From the NCBI GenBank assembly GCA_913056515.1, contig CAJXMP010000001.1, forward strand, positions 1 through 59,415: DNA of 59,415 bases, written 5' to 3'. A model generated the notes under the pieces. The model was not told the origin of the DNA. It saw nothing but the letters and a program-made list of their open reading frames with translations, and did no database searches. The position numbers and the translations under genes are program-made. Positions 46,619 through 57,011 of this stretch are shown here, piece by piece (position 1 is the first letter of the stretch; each line of letters begins with the position of its first letter). Origin of the DNA: an uncultured Lewinella sp. (GTDB taxonomy: Bacteria > Bacteroidota > Bacteroidia > Chitinophagales > Saprospiraceae).

Positions 46619-49402
46619 ATGTCTGAAAAAAAACTCTTCCTATTAGATGGCCATGCTTTAGTTTATCGGGCGCATTATGCTTTTATTTCTAGACCACTGA
46701 TAAACTCAAAAGGATTAAATACCTCAGCAATTATGGGTTTTACCAATGTGCTCAGGGATTTAATGAAGCGGGAGAATCCAACGCATATTGCAGTCAGCTT
46801 TGATTTGAGTGGACCTACTTTCAGGAATGAGATTTTTGAAGATTATAAAGCTAATCGAGAGGCTCAACCTGAGGAAATCACCGCAGCATTTCCATATATC
46901 CATGAAGTAATCAAAGGGTTCAAAATTCCCATTCTTACTTGTGAAGGATATGAAGCAGATGATGTGATAGGTACAGTGGCGAAACAAGCAGAGCAAAGAG
47001 GGTTTAAAGTGTACATGATGACTCCAGATAAAGATTATGCACAGCTCGTTTCTCCAAATATTTTTATGTACAAGCCTGCCCGCAGTGGCGGTGATGTTGA
47101 AATACTGGGAGTGGATGAAGTATTGGAAAAATGGGGTATTCAACGGGTAGAGCAGGTTATTGATATGCTAGGTTTACAGGGTGATTCAGTAGATAATATT
47201 CCAGGTATTCCAGGTATTGGGCCCAAAACAGCCCAAAAATTATTAGAAAAGTATGATTCCTTAGAGGGGTTATTAGAGCATACCGATGAATTGAAGGGAA
47301 AACAAAAGGAACGGGTTATCGAATTTGCAGAACAAGGGCGTATGTCCAAGGTGCTTGCGACTATAGATACTAATGTGCCTGTTGATGTAGACTTTGATTC
47401 ATTAATTATTGAGGAACCTGATCGTCCGTTTTTAGGAAAGCTTTTTCAAGAGTTAGAGTTCAGGAGATTGACAGCTTTAATGCTAGGTGAACCTGAACCA
47501 GATACTGGATTAGGCGGCTTATTTGGAGGTGGACCAGTTGCTGCATCTTCTTCAAGCACTGCATCCAAACCAGCTGGCCAACAATTTACAACTATAGAAG
47601 ACGCTGGTGCAAGCTATCATAAAGTAGATACGACTGCAGGCATGCAGGACTTAGCTTCTAAATTATTAGGGCAAAAAATTATTTGCTTTGATACGGAAAC
47701 TACTAGTATTAACGCGAATGATGCGTCCTTAGTAGGTCTTGCATTTGCCTACAAAAGCAAAGAAGCCTACTATGTTCCAGTTCCTGCTGATCAAGAGGCC
47801 AGCCAGGCTATAGTTGATATCTTTAGACCTGTTTTAGAAAGTGATAGTATCGCAAAAATAGCGCACAACTATAAGTATGATGCTATTATCATGAAGCGTC
47901 ATGGTGTTGAATTGGGTGGACCCATTCGGGATACTTTGATTGCGCACTACTTGCTGCATCCGGATTTGCGTCATAAGATGGATTATTTGGCAGAAGTGAT
48001 GTTGAAATACAAACCCATTCCGATTGAGACCTTAATTGGCAAGGGAAAGAATCAGCTTAGTATGCGTGATATATCCGTTGATAAAGTAGTCCCATATGCG
48101 GCCGAAGATGCAGATATCACACTTCAGTTAGATGAGATTCTATTTGCCGATTTGGATAAAGCTGGTCTAAACGCGCTATATCACGATATGGAAGAACCTT
48201 TAATTAAGGTTTTGGTTCAGATGGAGTATAATGGGGTCAATATCGATACGAATGTTTTAGCTCAGCAGTCTGCTTCTATTGAACAGCGTTTATTAGAGTT
48301 AGAAAAAGAATTGTATATCGCTGCAGGTTCACCATTTAATATTCTATCCCCTAAACAGGTTGGGGAAATTCTTTTTGACCGGATGCAAATTCCATATCGT
48401 TGGAAGTTGAGCTCCAAGTCTAAGCAATATTCAACCTCAGAGGATAAGCTAAAAGAGTTAGAGAAAGATCACCCTATTGTTAGGCAAATTCTAGCTTATC
48501 GTGGTTTATCTAAGTTGAAATCAACGTATTTAGATGCCTTGCCTAAGTTAGTTAGTAAGAAAACAGGCTTGATACATTCTTCTTTCAATCAGGCACTAAC
48601 TACAACAGGTCGCTTAAGTTCTAATAATCCAAATCTTCAGAATATTCCGATTCGAACAGAAGAAGGAGCTAAAGTACGTCAAGCTTTTGTGCCAAGAGCC
48701 GAAGATAGAGTTATTTTGGCAGCGGATTATTCTCAAATTGAGCTTCGTCTAATTGCGGAAATTGCCAATGAAAAAGGGATGTTGGATGCCTTTATTCAGG
48801 GTCAAGATATTCATAGAGCTACAGCAGCTAAAGTATTTGGTGTGCCTTATGATGAAGTAAGCAAAGAACAGCGTTATAGAGCTAAAACGGTAAACTTTAG
48901 TATCACCTATGGTGCTGGTGCAACTAATTTGGCAGGGCAATTGGATATACCAAGATCTGAAGCTAAAAAGATTATTGAGAGTTACTACCAAGAGTATCCA
49001 GGCTTAAAAGCGTACATGACCAACATCGTTGAGTCAGCAAGGGAGAAAGGATATGTAGAAACCGTTATGGGTAGAAGGAGGTATCTAAGAAATATTAACT
49101 CCAACAATGCATTTGTTCGTTCGGGTGAGGAACGGAACGCTATTAATTCACCTATTCAAGGTTCTGCTGCTGATATGATCAAACTTGCCATGATTAAGGT
49201 ACATCAAGTACTAGAAGAAGGTAATTACGATACCAAGATGATTATGCAAGTGCACGATGAATTGGTTTTTGATGTTCCGAAGGCTGAATTAGAGGAGTTG
49301 ATGCCTAAGATTGAGACTTGTATGAAAGAGGCTATACCTGGCTTAAAAGTACCTATTTTAGTTGGAATGGATTATGGGGCAAATTGGTTAGAGGCACATT
49401 AA
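46619..49402 (+). CDS. polA: DNA polymerase I
   Basis: 927 aa. 5' nuclease domain, 3'-5' exo motif CFDTETT, polymerase motifs ADYSQIELR and QVHDELV. Confidence 0.97.
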   Translation: MSEKKLFLLDGHALVYRAHYAFISRPLINSKGLNTSAIMGFTNVLRDLMKRENPTHIAVSFDLSGPTFRNEIFEDYKANREAQPEEITAAFPYIHEVIKGFKIPILTCEGYEADDVIGTVAKQAEQRGFKVYMMTPDKDYAQLVSPNIFMYKPARSGGDVEILGVDEVLEKWGIQRVEQVIDMLGLQGDSVDNIPGIPGIGPKTAQKLLEKYDSLEGLLEHTDELKGKQKERVIEFAEQGRMSKVLATIDTNVPVDVDFDSLIIEEPDRPFLGKLFQELEFRRLTALMLGEPEPDTGLGGLFGGGPVAASSSSTASKPAGQQFTTIEDAGASYHKVDTTAGMQDLASKLLGQKIICFDTETTSINANDASLVGLAFAYKSKEAYYVPVPADQEASQAIVDIFRPVLESDSIAKIAHNYKYDAIIMKRHGVELGGPIRDTLIAHYLLHPDLRHKMDYLAEVMLKYKPIPIETLIGKGKNQLSMRDISVDKVVPYAAEDADITLQLDEILFADLDKAGLNALYHDMEEPLIKVLVQMEYNGVNIDTNVLAQQSASIEQRLLELEKELYIAAGSPFNILSPKQVGEILFDRMQIPYRWKLSSKSKQYSTSEDKLKELEKDHPIVRQILAYRGLSKLKSTYLDALPKLVSKKTGLIHSSFNQALTTTGRLSSNNPNLQNIPIRTEEGAKVRQAFVPRAEDRVILAADYSQIELRLIAEIANEKGMLDAFIQGQDIHRATAAKVFGVPYDEVSKEQRYRAKTVNFSITYGAGATNLAGQLDIPRSEAKKIIESYYQEYPGLKAYMTNIVESAREKGYVETVMGRRRYLRNINSNNAFVRSGEERNAINSPIQGSAADMIKLAMIKVHQVLEEGNYDTKMIMQVHDELVFDVPKAELEELMPKIETCMKEAIPGLKVPILVGMDYGANWLEAH

Positions 49403-49436
49403 ATCCTTTATTGCAACTTAATTGCAATAAAGGATT
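49402..49436. terminator. Perfect 15-bp hairpin between convergent polA and the CSD-like gene
   Basis: aatcctttattgcaa-cttaa-ttgcaataaaggatt. There is no U-tract. Confidence 0.5.
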
Positions 49437-49467
49437 GTAGGAACGCATGGTTTGATCCTAAGCGCAA

Positions 49468-49689
49468 TTATTTTGATTGATTTTTATTCTTATTATTTAT
49501 TAATTGCACCTTAGTTGCAATAATTTGATTGTTTTTTCTTTCTAGTTCGAAAGAGATCTTATCGCCTTTTTTCAAGTGGAGATCTTGAAGATTTTTTCCA
49601 GGTAAGAAATATTCTTCTAGGCTATCATCTTTGATAACATAGCCAAAACCTTTTTTCGGTAAAAAAAATCGAATGACTCCCGTGTGCAT
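49468..49689 (-). CDS. Cold-shock-domain-like small protein
   Basis: 73 aa. GVIRFFLPKKGFGYVI resembles the CSD RNP-1 region. Confidence 0.6.
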   Translation of the reverse strand: MHTGVIRFFLPKKGFGYVIKDDSLEEYFLPGKNLQDLHLKKGDKISFELERKNNQIIATKVQLINNKNKNQSK

Positions 49690-49730
49690 TGATGCTTATT
49701 TTATAATTTACATGCGCTAATGCATAATAT

Positions 49731-50663
49731 ATGAAATTCAAGCAAAAGATTTCTGTACAAGAAATAGCTAAACTTATAGGTGCCGAAATAAAAGGACGCA
49801 AGGATTTGAATGTTCTTGGTATGAATGAAATTCACAAAGTTGAGAAAGGTGATTTGACCTTCGTGGATAATCATAAGTATTTTCAACGTTCTTTGGATTC
49901 AGCTGCTTCCGTCATTATTATCAATGAGGATGTCAAATGTCCTAGAGGAAAGGCCTTATTGATTCACAAATCTCCCTTTACTGTTTATAATAAACTGGCT
50001 AAGAAGTTTCAACCGAAGCGGGTATTAGACAGGGAACAAGCGGAGGATGCGCAGATTCACCCAACAGCTATTATTGAGCCTAATGTGGTAATCGGTCATA
50101 ATGTGACTATTGGGCGAGATACTTATATACAAGCCAATTCTTACATAGGAAATGATACAGTAATCGGCGATGGGGTAGAAATTCATGCAGGCACCACCAT
50201 TGGAACGGATGCTTTTTACTTCCACAAACGAGCAAAAAAGTATACCAAATGGCATTCTATAGGGCGTGTGGTGATTGAGGATAAAGTGGTTATTGGCGCA
50301 AATTGCACTATCAATAGAGGTGTTTCTGGAGATACTGTTATTGGGGAAGGAAGTAAATTAGATTCTCAAGTTCATTTAGGGCATGGAGTAGTCATTGGAA
50401 AACATTGCCTAATTGCAGGTCAAGTGGGTATAGGCGGAAAGACTATTTTGGAGGATCATGTGGTACTTTTTGGTCAGGTAGGTATAGCTCAAAATCTAAG
50501 GATTGGAAGAGGTGCTATCATTGCAGCAAAAAGCGGTGTTTCAAAAGATTTGGCTGGTGGTCTTACATACTTTGGCTCTCCTGCTGCTGAGATTAAAACA
50601 AAACACCGTGAGTTAGCAGCACTGCGGCATTTACCAGATTTCTATAAAGACTATTATAAATAA
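49731..50663 (+). CDS. lpxD: UDP-3-O-acylglucosamine N-acyltransferase
   Basis: N-terminal LpxD-type domain (ISVQEIAKLIGAEIKG), then hexapeptide (left-handed beta-helix) repeats. Confidence 0.88.
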   Translation: MKFKQKISVQEIAKLIGAEIKGRKDLNVLGMNEIHKVEKGDLTFVDNHKYFQRSLDSAASVIIINEDVKCPRGKALLIHKSPFTVYNKLAKKFQPKRVLDREQAEDAQIHPTAIIEPNVVIGHNVTIGRDTYIQANSYIGNDTVIGDGVEIHAGTTIGTDAFYFHKRAKKYTKWHSIGRVVIEDKVVIGANCTINRGVSGDTVIGEGSKLDSQVHLGHGVVIGKHCLIAGQVGIGGKTILEDHVVLFGQVGIAQNLRIGRGAIIAAKSGVSKDLAGGLTYFGSPAAEIKTKHRELAALRHLPDFYKDYYK

Positions 50664-50695
50664 AAAAAACCCGAGCCTGGACTCGGGTTTTTTTA
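50663..50695. terminator. Bidirectional rho-independent terminator
   Basis: AAAAAAAA-CCCGAG-cctgga-CTCGGG-TTTTTTT between convergent lpxD and the thioredoxin-fold gene. Confidence 0.8.
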
Positions 50696-51250
50696 TTTCT
50701 TCCATTTGATGTTGCAGCCTCCAGAAGGAAATTGTGTGCTAGGTGCGGGATCTCCTTTAAGCATGGCATCCGCAGCAGCTCTTAAGTCAGCTCCAGTTAA
50801 TGGTTTGCCACTATTCGGCCTGGAATCATCCAATCGACCCCTATAATATAACTTTTGATTTTCATCGAAGAGGTAGAAATCAGGTGTACAAGCAGCATCG
50901 TAGGCTTTAGCTACACTTTGATCTTCATCATATAGATATGGAAAAGGATAGCCTACTTGCTCAGCATGGATTTTCATTTTATCAGGGGCGTCATCGGGAT
51001 AGTTATCTACATCATTGGAGGATATACCAACTGACCCTATTCCCATTTTTTCAAAGTCATTACAAAGGCTTACTAATTCTTCATTTACATGAATCACATA
51101 AGGACAATGGTTGCACAGGAAAATAACTAAGGTACCTTTAGGACCCTGTATATCCATATAAGTAACTGTTTTGCCTGAAACGGTGTCGGGAAGACTAAAA
51201 TCTGGGGCTAATGTGCCCAGGTCTATCATATTAGATTCTGTAAATGCCAT
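50693..51250 (-). CDS. Thioredoxin-fold (AhpC/TSA-redoxin-like) protein
   Basis: 185 aa with a CNHCPY redox motif. No signal peptide. Confidence 0.8.
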   Translation of the reverse strand: MAFTESNMIDLGTLAPDFSLPDTVSGKTVTYMDIQGPKGTLVIFLCNHCPYVIHVNEELVSLCNDFEKMGIGSVGISSNDVDNYPDDAPDKMKIHAEQVGYPFPYLYDEDQSVAKAYDAACTPDFYLFDENQKLYYRGRLDDSRPNSGKPLTGADLRAAADAMLKGDPAPSTQFPSGGCNIKWKK

Positions 51251-51252
51251 AA

Positions 51253-52056
51253 TTAATTACAATTTGGATTGATTCCTAGAATATATTTTTGAAGAATATC
51301 GATGGAGTCCGTAGTGCTATCTCCATCGAACCCAAAGATATCAGAATTGTTCATGTTTGTCTGTGCAAATTCAGTTAATTTACCTGCCACTGGCAAATAA
51401 GACCAATGCCATTTTTCAAGGTTATATCCATGCGGTCTATCTACTCCTTTTTCACTGTAAACTTGACAGAAGCCATATGAAGCAGCGTGTTCCACCAGCC
51501 ATTCATATTCTTTAAGCCCTTGTCCAGATTCGAAATAATCATTTTCTAGGTGATTTAAATCGATATCTGTACCCCAGTGGTGCCTCGATGTTCCAGGCAT
51601 AGAGCTGTATTCTAATATTTTCAATGCTCTTTGGTGAAAACCAGGCATGGTTTGGGAAAGATCTTGACCGGAAACCTTGGTTTGTCCATTCCATTTTCGC
51701 TCCCAAATACCTTTTTGGTATTGGAAAGGCCTCGTAGCCGAAACAATCTCAAAGGTAATGCCATCTCTTTTGGCATGTTCAGCCATTTGGACAAAGGCCT
51801 CGTAGGCATCTTTACGCATGTATATATCGGCTTTCTCTGTGTACTGACTAGCTATTTTAGAGAAGTCTTCGTGGGTACTTGGGTCAAATTTCCCCATTAA
51901 GTAATCTTTACTTAAGTAAGTTGCTTTGGTACTATCTGCGGCAATCGTTTCTACTTGATTAACAGATACTGCTTGTTTTTCCTCTTGGTTTGGATTCGGT
52001 GTACATGCTGCAACTAAAGCAATAAAACTGAGTGAGAATATAGTTCGCATAAACAT
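51253..52056 (-). CDS. M15 family (VanY-like) D-alanyl-D-alanine carboxypeptidase, lipoprotein
   Basis: Lipobox LVAAC. SRHHWGTDIDL zinc-ligand motif and a later HWSY. Confidence 0.8.
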   Translation of the reverse strand: MFMRTIFSLSFIALVAACTPNPNQEEKQAVSVNQVETIAADSTKATYLSKDYLMGKFDPSTHEDFSKIASQYTEKADIYMRKDAYEAFVQMAEHAKRDGITFEIVSATRPFQYQKGIWERKWNGQTKVSGQDLSQTMPGFHQRALKILEYSSMPGTSRHHWGTDIDLNHLENDYFESGQGLKEYEWLVEHAASYGFCQVYSEKGVDRPHGYNLEKWHWSYLPVAGKLTEFAQTNMNNSDIFGFDGDSTTDSIDILQKYILGINPNCN

Positions 52057-53483
52057 TAGTATTTGAATTCGATATGTTTAATGGGGTAGCCAAATAGTTT
52101 TTCCTTTTTGATGAGTTCGGCTATTGGTTTTGGAACTTCATCTTCCCAGCCTGCTTCATCCCCTTTGATTTTCTGCAATACTCTCCAAGAAAATATATAC
52201 AATATGTCTGGATCATAATCTTGGATATCTATGATTTGACCAATACTCTTTAGGTATTTAAATAAAAAGGTAATGTCTTCTGGGACAGGCATATTGTCTG
52301 TGGTTTGTATATCCGTACTACCATCTTTGTAGGATGGATATACATAGAAGGTGGCATTGCCTTTAAAGAGTTTACCGAAGGTCTCTAAATGGTTGCCAGA
52401 TTTTTCTTTGTTAAACTTACTTTGAACGATGCCCATGAGGTCTCGAACTCCGATAACAAGTCCTACTTGCCCTACTTTAAAATCTTTGAGGTATTTGATG
52501 AGTTCTGTTTGGTCCTCTAATTGGGTCAAAACCACGGTTTGCCCTAACTCTGCCAATAACTCTGCTCTATGCAGAAAATCGGTCTCATCTATTTCATCTA
52601 GTTCTGTGGCCCGATTGAGGTTTTCTAAGGTGATCTCACTTAATTGAAGCAACCTATCTGGATGTTCTAAGTTTGCACTGAATTGCTTGATTCCACTTTG
52701 AATCATATTCCAGTTAACCTTAGTTACTGGCCTGAAACTACCTCTGACCAATAATGGATTTTTTCGGTATAAAAATTCTGAACCGTGCACGGGTTCCTTG
52801 TTGGGACCGAACATAGTTACTTTACAAATTTTATTACGGATCAGATATAAGGCCAGTAGTCTGTTGTCTAAATCACTAAACTCAGGTCCTGTTAATCGCA
52901 CCATGTCAATCTCTATTCTGCCGTGTAAGCCGTCAATCAAAGATTGCAAAAGGGTTTCAGGATCCTTATAGTATTTATAACAGCCGTAAATCATGTTAAC
53001 GCCTAAAATACCTATGGCTTGTTGTTGCAGGGTATTGTCCTTGTCTTTCATTTTTACATGCAAGACGAGATCATTAGGTTCTTTATTAGGGTCCAATTGA
53101 AAACGAACACCCATCCAACCATTCCCTTTAATGGTTCTGCTGTAATTCAGTGCAGCTATGGAGTTTGCAAAAACGAAGAACCGAGTATCTAATCTGTGTT
53201 TACGCAAGCGATCAGTCATCAGTACATACTCATGATCTAGCATTTTGTAAATTCTAGACTCACATACGTATCTGCCGCTGCCCTCGAGACCATAGATTTC
53301 ATCAGAAACCACTTTATCATAGGCTGACATGGTTTTTGCAATCGTTCCTGCTGCTGCGCCTACTTGGAAAAAGTGACGTGCTACCTCTTGCCCAGCTCCG
53401 ATCTCTGCAAATGTTCCATAGATCGAATCGTTCAGGTTGATTTCTAATGCTTTCTGGTCTGTTTCGAGAAGTTGTCGGCCCAT
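52056..53483 (-). CDS. Conserved hypothetical protein, 475 aa, cytoplasmic
   Basis: Long clean ORF. The N-terminal IYGTFAEIGAGQEVARHFF...TIAKTMSAYDK block is one I recall as conserved in Bacteroidota proteins with no reliable function. Confidence 0.6.
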   Translation of the reverse strand: MGRQLLETDQKALEINLNDSIYGTFAEIGAGQEVARHFFQVGAAAGTIAKTMSAYDKVVSDEIYGLEGSGRYVCESRIYKMLDHEYVLMTDRLRKHRLDTRFFVFANSIAALNYSRTIKGNGWMGVRFQLDPNKEPNDLVLHVKMKDKDNTLQQQAIGILGVNMIYGCYKYYKDPETLLQSLIDGLHGRIEIDMVRLTGPEFSDLDNRLLALYLIRNKICKVTMFGPNKEPVHGSEFLYRKNPLLVRGSFRPVTKVNWNMIQSGIKQFSANLEHPDRLLQLSEITLENLNRATELDEIDETDFLHRAELLAELGQTVVLTQLEDQTELIKYLKDFKVGQVGLVIGVRDLMGIVQSKFNKEKSGNHLETFGKLFKGNATFYVYPSYKDGSTDIQTTDNMPVPEDITFLFKYLKSIGQIIDIQDYDPDILYIFSWRVLQKIKGDEAGWEDEVPKPIAELIKKEKLFGYPIKHIEFKY

Positions 53484-53596
53484 ATTTAAGCTGTTATTTC
53501 TTAGGAGTATAGTAAAATTAACACTTTAAGAACATAGTTTTGACTTATTGCTGTTCCTTTTCCGTCAACTGTCAAGCAGTAAAAGGGATTATTTTG

Positions 53597-53604
53597 TATT
53601 TTTG
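53597..53604 (+). promoter_or_regulatory. -7 promoter box (TATTTTTG) upstream of mnmG
   Basis: Exact TAnnTTTG match, 17 nt upstream of the ATG at 53621. Confidence 0.4.
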
Positions 53605-53620
53605 AGCAAAATTTTTGGAT

Positions 53621-55489
53621 ATGTTTCCTGAGTACGATGTAATTGTGGTTGGAGCGGGACACGCTGGATGCGAAGCAGCTGTTGCTGCTGCCAATATGGG
53701 TTCCAAGGTGATGTTGGCGACGATGAACATGCAAACGATTGCACAAATGTCGTGTAATCCTGCTATGGGTGGAGTGGCCAAAGGTCAAATTGTACGGGAA
53801 ATAGACGCCTTAGGAGGGTATTCCGGAATCATTACGGATGAGACTAGAGTTCAGTTTAGAATGTTGAATAGGTCTAAAGGTCCTGCTATGTGGAGCCCAA
53901 GGGCTCAATCTGATAGGCATCAGTTCGCTGCCCTATGGCGCAAAAAACTGGAAGAGCATCCAAATATTGACTTTTGGCAAGAAATGATCATCGGCTTAAA
54001 AGTAGTTGATGGTGTTGTCAAAGGGGTTCATACGAGTATTGGTTTAGAGATTCCAGGAAAGACAGTCATATTAACCAATGGGACTTTCTTGAATGGATTA
54101 ATTCATATTGGTGAGAAGCAATTTGGAGGTGGACGAGCGGGTGAGCGTGCAGCGACAGGATTGACCGCTCAATTGGTTGAATTCGGTTTTGAAGCTGGTA
54201 GAATGAAGACGGGAACACCACCAAGGGTTGATGGACGTACAGTAGATTGGTCTAAAATGGAGGTCCAACATGGAGATACTGATGTAGAAGGACGTTTTTC
54301 GTTTACCGCGTCTAAGGTTCCTGAGAAGCAGATTCCTTGTCATATCACTTACACGAATGACAAGGTGCATGAGATGCTCAAAACAGGCTTTGACCGTTCA
54401 CCAATGTTCAATGGAACGATCCAATCATTAGGCCCACGCTATTGTCCTTCTATTGAAGATAAAATCAATCGATTTGCTGATAAAGACAGGCACCAACTTT
54501 TTGTAGAGCCAGAGGGATGGAATACTTGTGAGCTTTATGTAAACGGATTCTCGTCTTCTTTACCAGAAGATATTCAATATAAGGCTTTGCGCCTTATTCC
54601 AGGTTTTGAAGAAGCAAAGATGTTTAGACCTGGATACGCCATTGAATATGACTTTTTTCAACCGACACAACTTAAGCCAAGCTTAGAAACGAAGTTGGTT
54701 AAAAACCTATTCTTTGCGGGTCAGATTAATGGAACTACAGGTTATGAAGAGGCAGGAGGACAAGGTTTAGTTGCTGGAATCAATGCGCATCTTAAGATAG
54801 TGGAAGAAGATCCATTTATTATTAAAAGATCGGAGGGTTATATAGGTGTTTTGATTGATGACTTAGTGAATAAGGGTACTAAAGAGCCTTATAGAATGTT
54901 CACTTCGAGAGCTGAATATCGAATTCTACTTAGACAGGATAACGCCGATATTCGATTGACACCTTTAGCCCATAAACTGGGTATGCGCGGTATGGAAGAT
55001 CGAATGGCTAAGGTGCATGAGAAGTTAGAATCTGAGCGAGCAATTACTCGATTTTTTGAGAATACCAGTATAGAACCAGCAGTATTAAACGAAAAGTTGG
55101 AAGCAATAGGTGATAGTCCAATAAAGCAAAAAGTTAAACTATTGTCTGTATTGCTCCGACCAAAATTGAATATGGGGGTGTTAGCTGAGGTCGATCCAGA
55201 GGTCAATGCTTTTTTATCTAAGTACGACAAACCTACATTAGAATATACGGAAGTGGGTATGAAGTATGCGGGGTATATCAAGAAAGAACAGGAGTTAGTG
55301 GACAAGATGATTCGCCTAGAGTCGGTGGCTCTAAGGGAGAATGAGGACTATGATGCGCTGGTTTCACTATCTGCTGAGGCTCGAGAAAAACTAAAACAAG
55401 TTAGACCACTTTCTATTGGTCAAGCAAGTCGAATCTCTGGAATTTCACCATCTGACATATCTGTCTTATTGGTTCACAAGGGACGATAA
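53621..55489 (+). CDS. mnmG: tRNA uridine 5-carboxymethylaminomethyl modification enzyme MnmG (GidA)
   Basis: MFPEYDVIVVGAGHAGCEAA FAD motif and full-length MnmG similarity. The track start is TTG at 53615. Confidence 0.96.
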   Translation: MFPEYDVIVVGAGHAGCEAAVAAANMGSKVMLATMNMQTIAQMSCNPAMGGVAKGQIVREIDALGGYSGIITDETRVQFRMLNRSKGPAMWSPRAQSDRHQFAALWRKKLEEHPNIDFWQEMIIGLKVVDGVVKGVHTSIGLEIPGKTVILTNGTFLNGLIHIGEKQFGGGRAGERAATGLTAQLVEFGFEAGRMKTGTPPRVDGRTVDWSKMEVQHGDTDVEGRFSFTASKVPEKQIPCHITYTNDKVHEMLKTGFDRSPMFNGTIQSLGPRYCPSIEDKINRFADKDRHQLFVEPEGWNTCELYVNGFSSSLPEDIQYKALRLIPGFEEAKMFRPGYAIEYDFFQPTQLKPSLETKLVKNLFFAGQINGTTGYEEAGGQGLVAGINAHLKIVEEDPFIIKRSEGYIGVLIDDLVNKGTKEPYRMFTSRAEYRILLRQDNADIRLTPLAHKLGMRGMEDRMAKVHEKLESERAITRFFENTSIEPAVLNEKLEAIGDSPIKQKVKLLSVLLRPKLNMGVLAEVDPEVNAFLSKYDKPTLEYTEVGMKYAGYIKKEQELVDKMIRLESVALRENEDYDALVSLSAEAREKLKQVRPLSIGQASRISGISPSDISVLLVHKGR

Positions 55490-55491
55490 GT

Positions 55492-56943
55492 ATGAAGAAA
55501 TCCTTTTTGATTAATGTGGGCATTCTATTAGGCCTAAACCTGGTCATCAAGCCGGTTTATGTTTTTGGCTTAGAGCGTGCAGTTCATGATCGATTGGGAA
55601 ACACTTCTTTTGAGCTTTATTTGAGTTTATTTAGCATTGCGGTCATTTTTCAGATCATTAATGATTTGGGCATTCAGAGTTACACGGCTAAGAAAGTATC
55701 AGCAGCTCGAGGTCAAATCAACGATTTATTCACGAATCTACTGGCGTTCAAACTCGTTTTAGGCTTCGTATATTTTAGTATTCTGACGCTTGCATCCTTC
55801 TTTATAGGCTATGAGTTATCCGCATGGAAGTTGTTGGTAGGCTTAGGCTTCGTTCAATTTTTATCTGGAGGACTTCAATTTCTTAGGGCCAATTTAGCGG
55901 GGCTTGGGTATTATAAAACAGATAGTTTATTATCCGCAGTTGATCGGTCTTTATTAATCATCATTCTGAGTGTATTTTTATTCAGTTCTTGGCTGACTGA
56001 GTTTGACTTGAGTTGGTTTATCCAAGCACAGATTATGAGTATGTCTGGTTCTGTGGTGATAGGCTTTTTATTATTAAGGCCTCATTTAGGTCGATTGACT
56101 TATCGAATAGATCTTTCTTTGTTCAAGGATCAGATTAAAGAGAGTTTACCCTATGCCTTAGCCGTTTTGATGATGGCTTTATATTCTCGGTTGGACCAAG
56201 TGATGTTGGAGCGCATGCTTCAAGGAAGTGGCGAAGGTGGAGTATATGGTATGAGTTACAGGTTATTGGATGTATTGAACATGGTTGGTTTTTTGTTTGC
56301 GGGTCTATTATTACCTATGTTTTCTCGCATGCATGCTCAAGGAAATCCTGTAAAGGGTTTACTTCAATTATCTGGGAAAATACTACTTGGGATTAGTATT
56401 ACTTTGGCGGTTACCGTTAGTTTAGTGGCCTTTCCTTTATTAGATTTAATGTATCCAAGTTTGTCTGTTACGGAGGCTCAGGCTGCGGTGACTCCTTATT
56501 TGATGGGTTCATTAGTGATGATGAGTGGTGGATATATTTTTGGGACCTATTTGGTCGCTTCAGATCGACTAAAGCAACTGAATATAGTTTTCTTAATTTC
56601 CTTAATACTTAATGTTTGCTTGAATGTATTATGGATTCCGGAAAGAGGTGCCTTGGGTGCAGCCCAAGCTACTTTAATTACGCAGAGCCTAGTTTTTCTG
56701 GTTGAATTTATTTGGGTAAGTCGATTGAAGTTAGTCGACCATAAAGAATTGACATGGAGGGTTTTAGGCTTGGTAGGAGTAATGCTGGTTTATGTTTTAT
56801 GGGGTCAAAGGTATTATCCTGTTGAAGGACTTCTGCCTGCAGCATTGGTTTGTCTTTTCATAGGAGGATTAGCTGCATTAATTTTGGGCTTATTCCCAAT
56901 AAAGGAGTTGATTCAAGTGTTAAAGGAAAAAGAAAGTGAGTAA
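55492..56943 (+). CDS. Polysaccharide/oligosaccharide flippase (Wzx-like, MOP superfamily)
   Basis: 483 aa with about 14 TM helices. Adjacent to a Wzz-like gene. Confidence 0.7.
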   Translation: MKKSFLINVGILLGLNLVIKPVYVFGLERAVHDRLGNTSFELYLSLFSIAVIFQIINDLGIQSYTAKKVSAARGQINDLFTNLLAFKLVLGFVYFSILTLASFFIGYELSAWKLLVGLGFVQFLSGGLQFLRANLAGLGYYKTDSLLSAVDRSLLIIILSVFLFSSWLTEFDLSWFIQAQIMSMSGSVVIGFLLLRPHLGRLTYRIDLSLFKDQIKESLPYALAVLMMALYSRLDQVMLERMLQGSGEGGVYGMSYRLLDVLNMVGFLFAGLLLPMFSRMHAQGNPVKGLLQLSGKILLGISITLAVTVSLVAFPLLDLMYPSLSVTEAQAAVTPYLMGSLVMMSGGYIFGTYLVASDRLKQLNIVFLISLILNVCLNVLWIPERGALGAAQATLITQSLVFLVEFIWVSRLKLVDHKELTWRVLGLVGVMLVYVLWGQRYYPVEGLLPAALVCLFIGGLAALILGLFPIKELIQVLKEKESE

Positions 56944-56978
56944 GGCCCCATCCGATATGTTAATCAAATAAAATATTC

Positions 56979-56986
56979 TACTTTTG
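56979..56986 (+). promoter_or_regulatory. -7 promoter box (TACTTTTG) upstream of the Wzz-like gene
   Basis: Exact TAnnTTTG match, 26 nt upstream of the ATG at 57012. Confidence 0.4.
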
Positions 56987-57011
56987 TATTTTTAGATTAG
57001 GAATCATAATA

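Noticed and set aside
53501-53788. Two minus-strand ORFs (95 aa and 69 aa) across the mnmG promoter and 5' end.
   Set aside because: They are antisense to the highly conserved FAD-binding N-terminus of MnmG and to the promoter box. They are rich in His, Ser and Arg, typical of non-coding frames.
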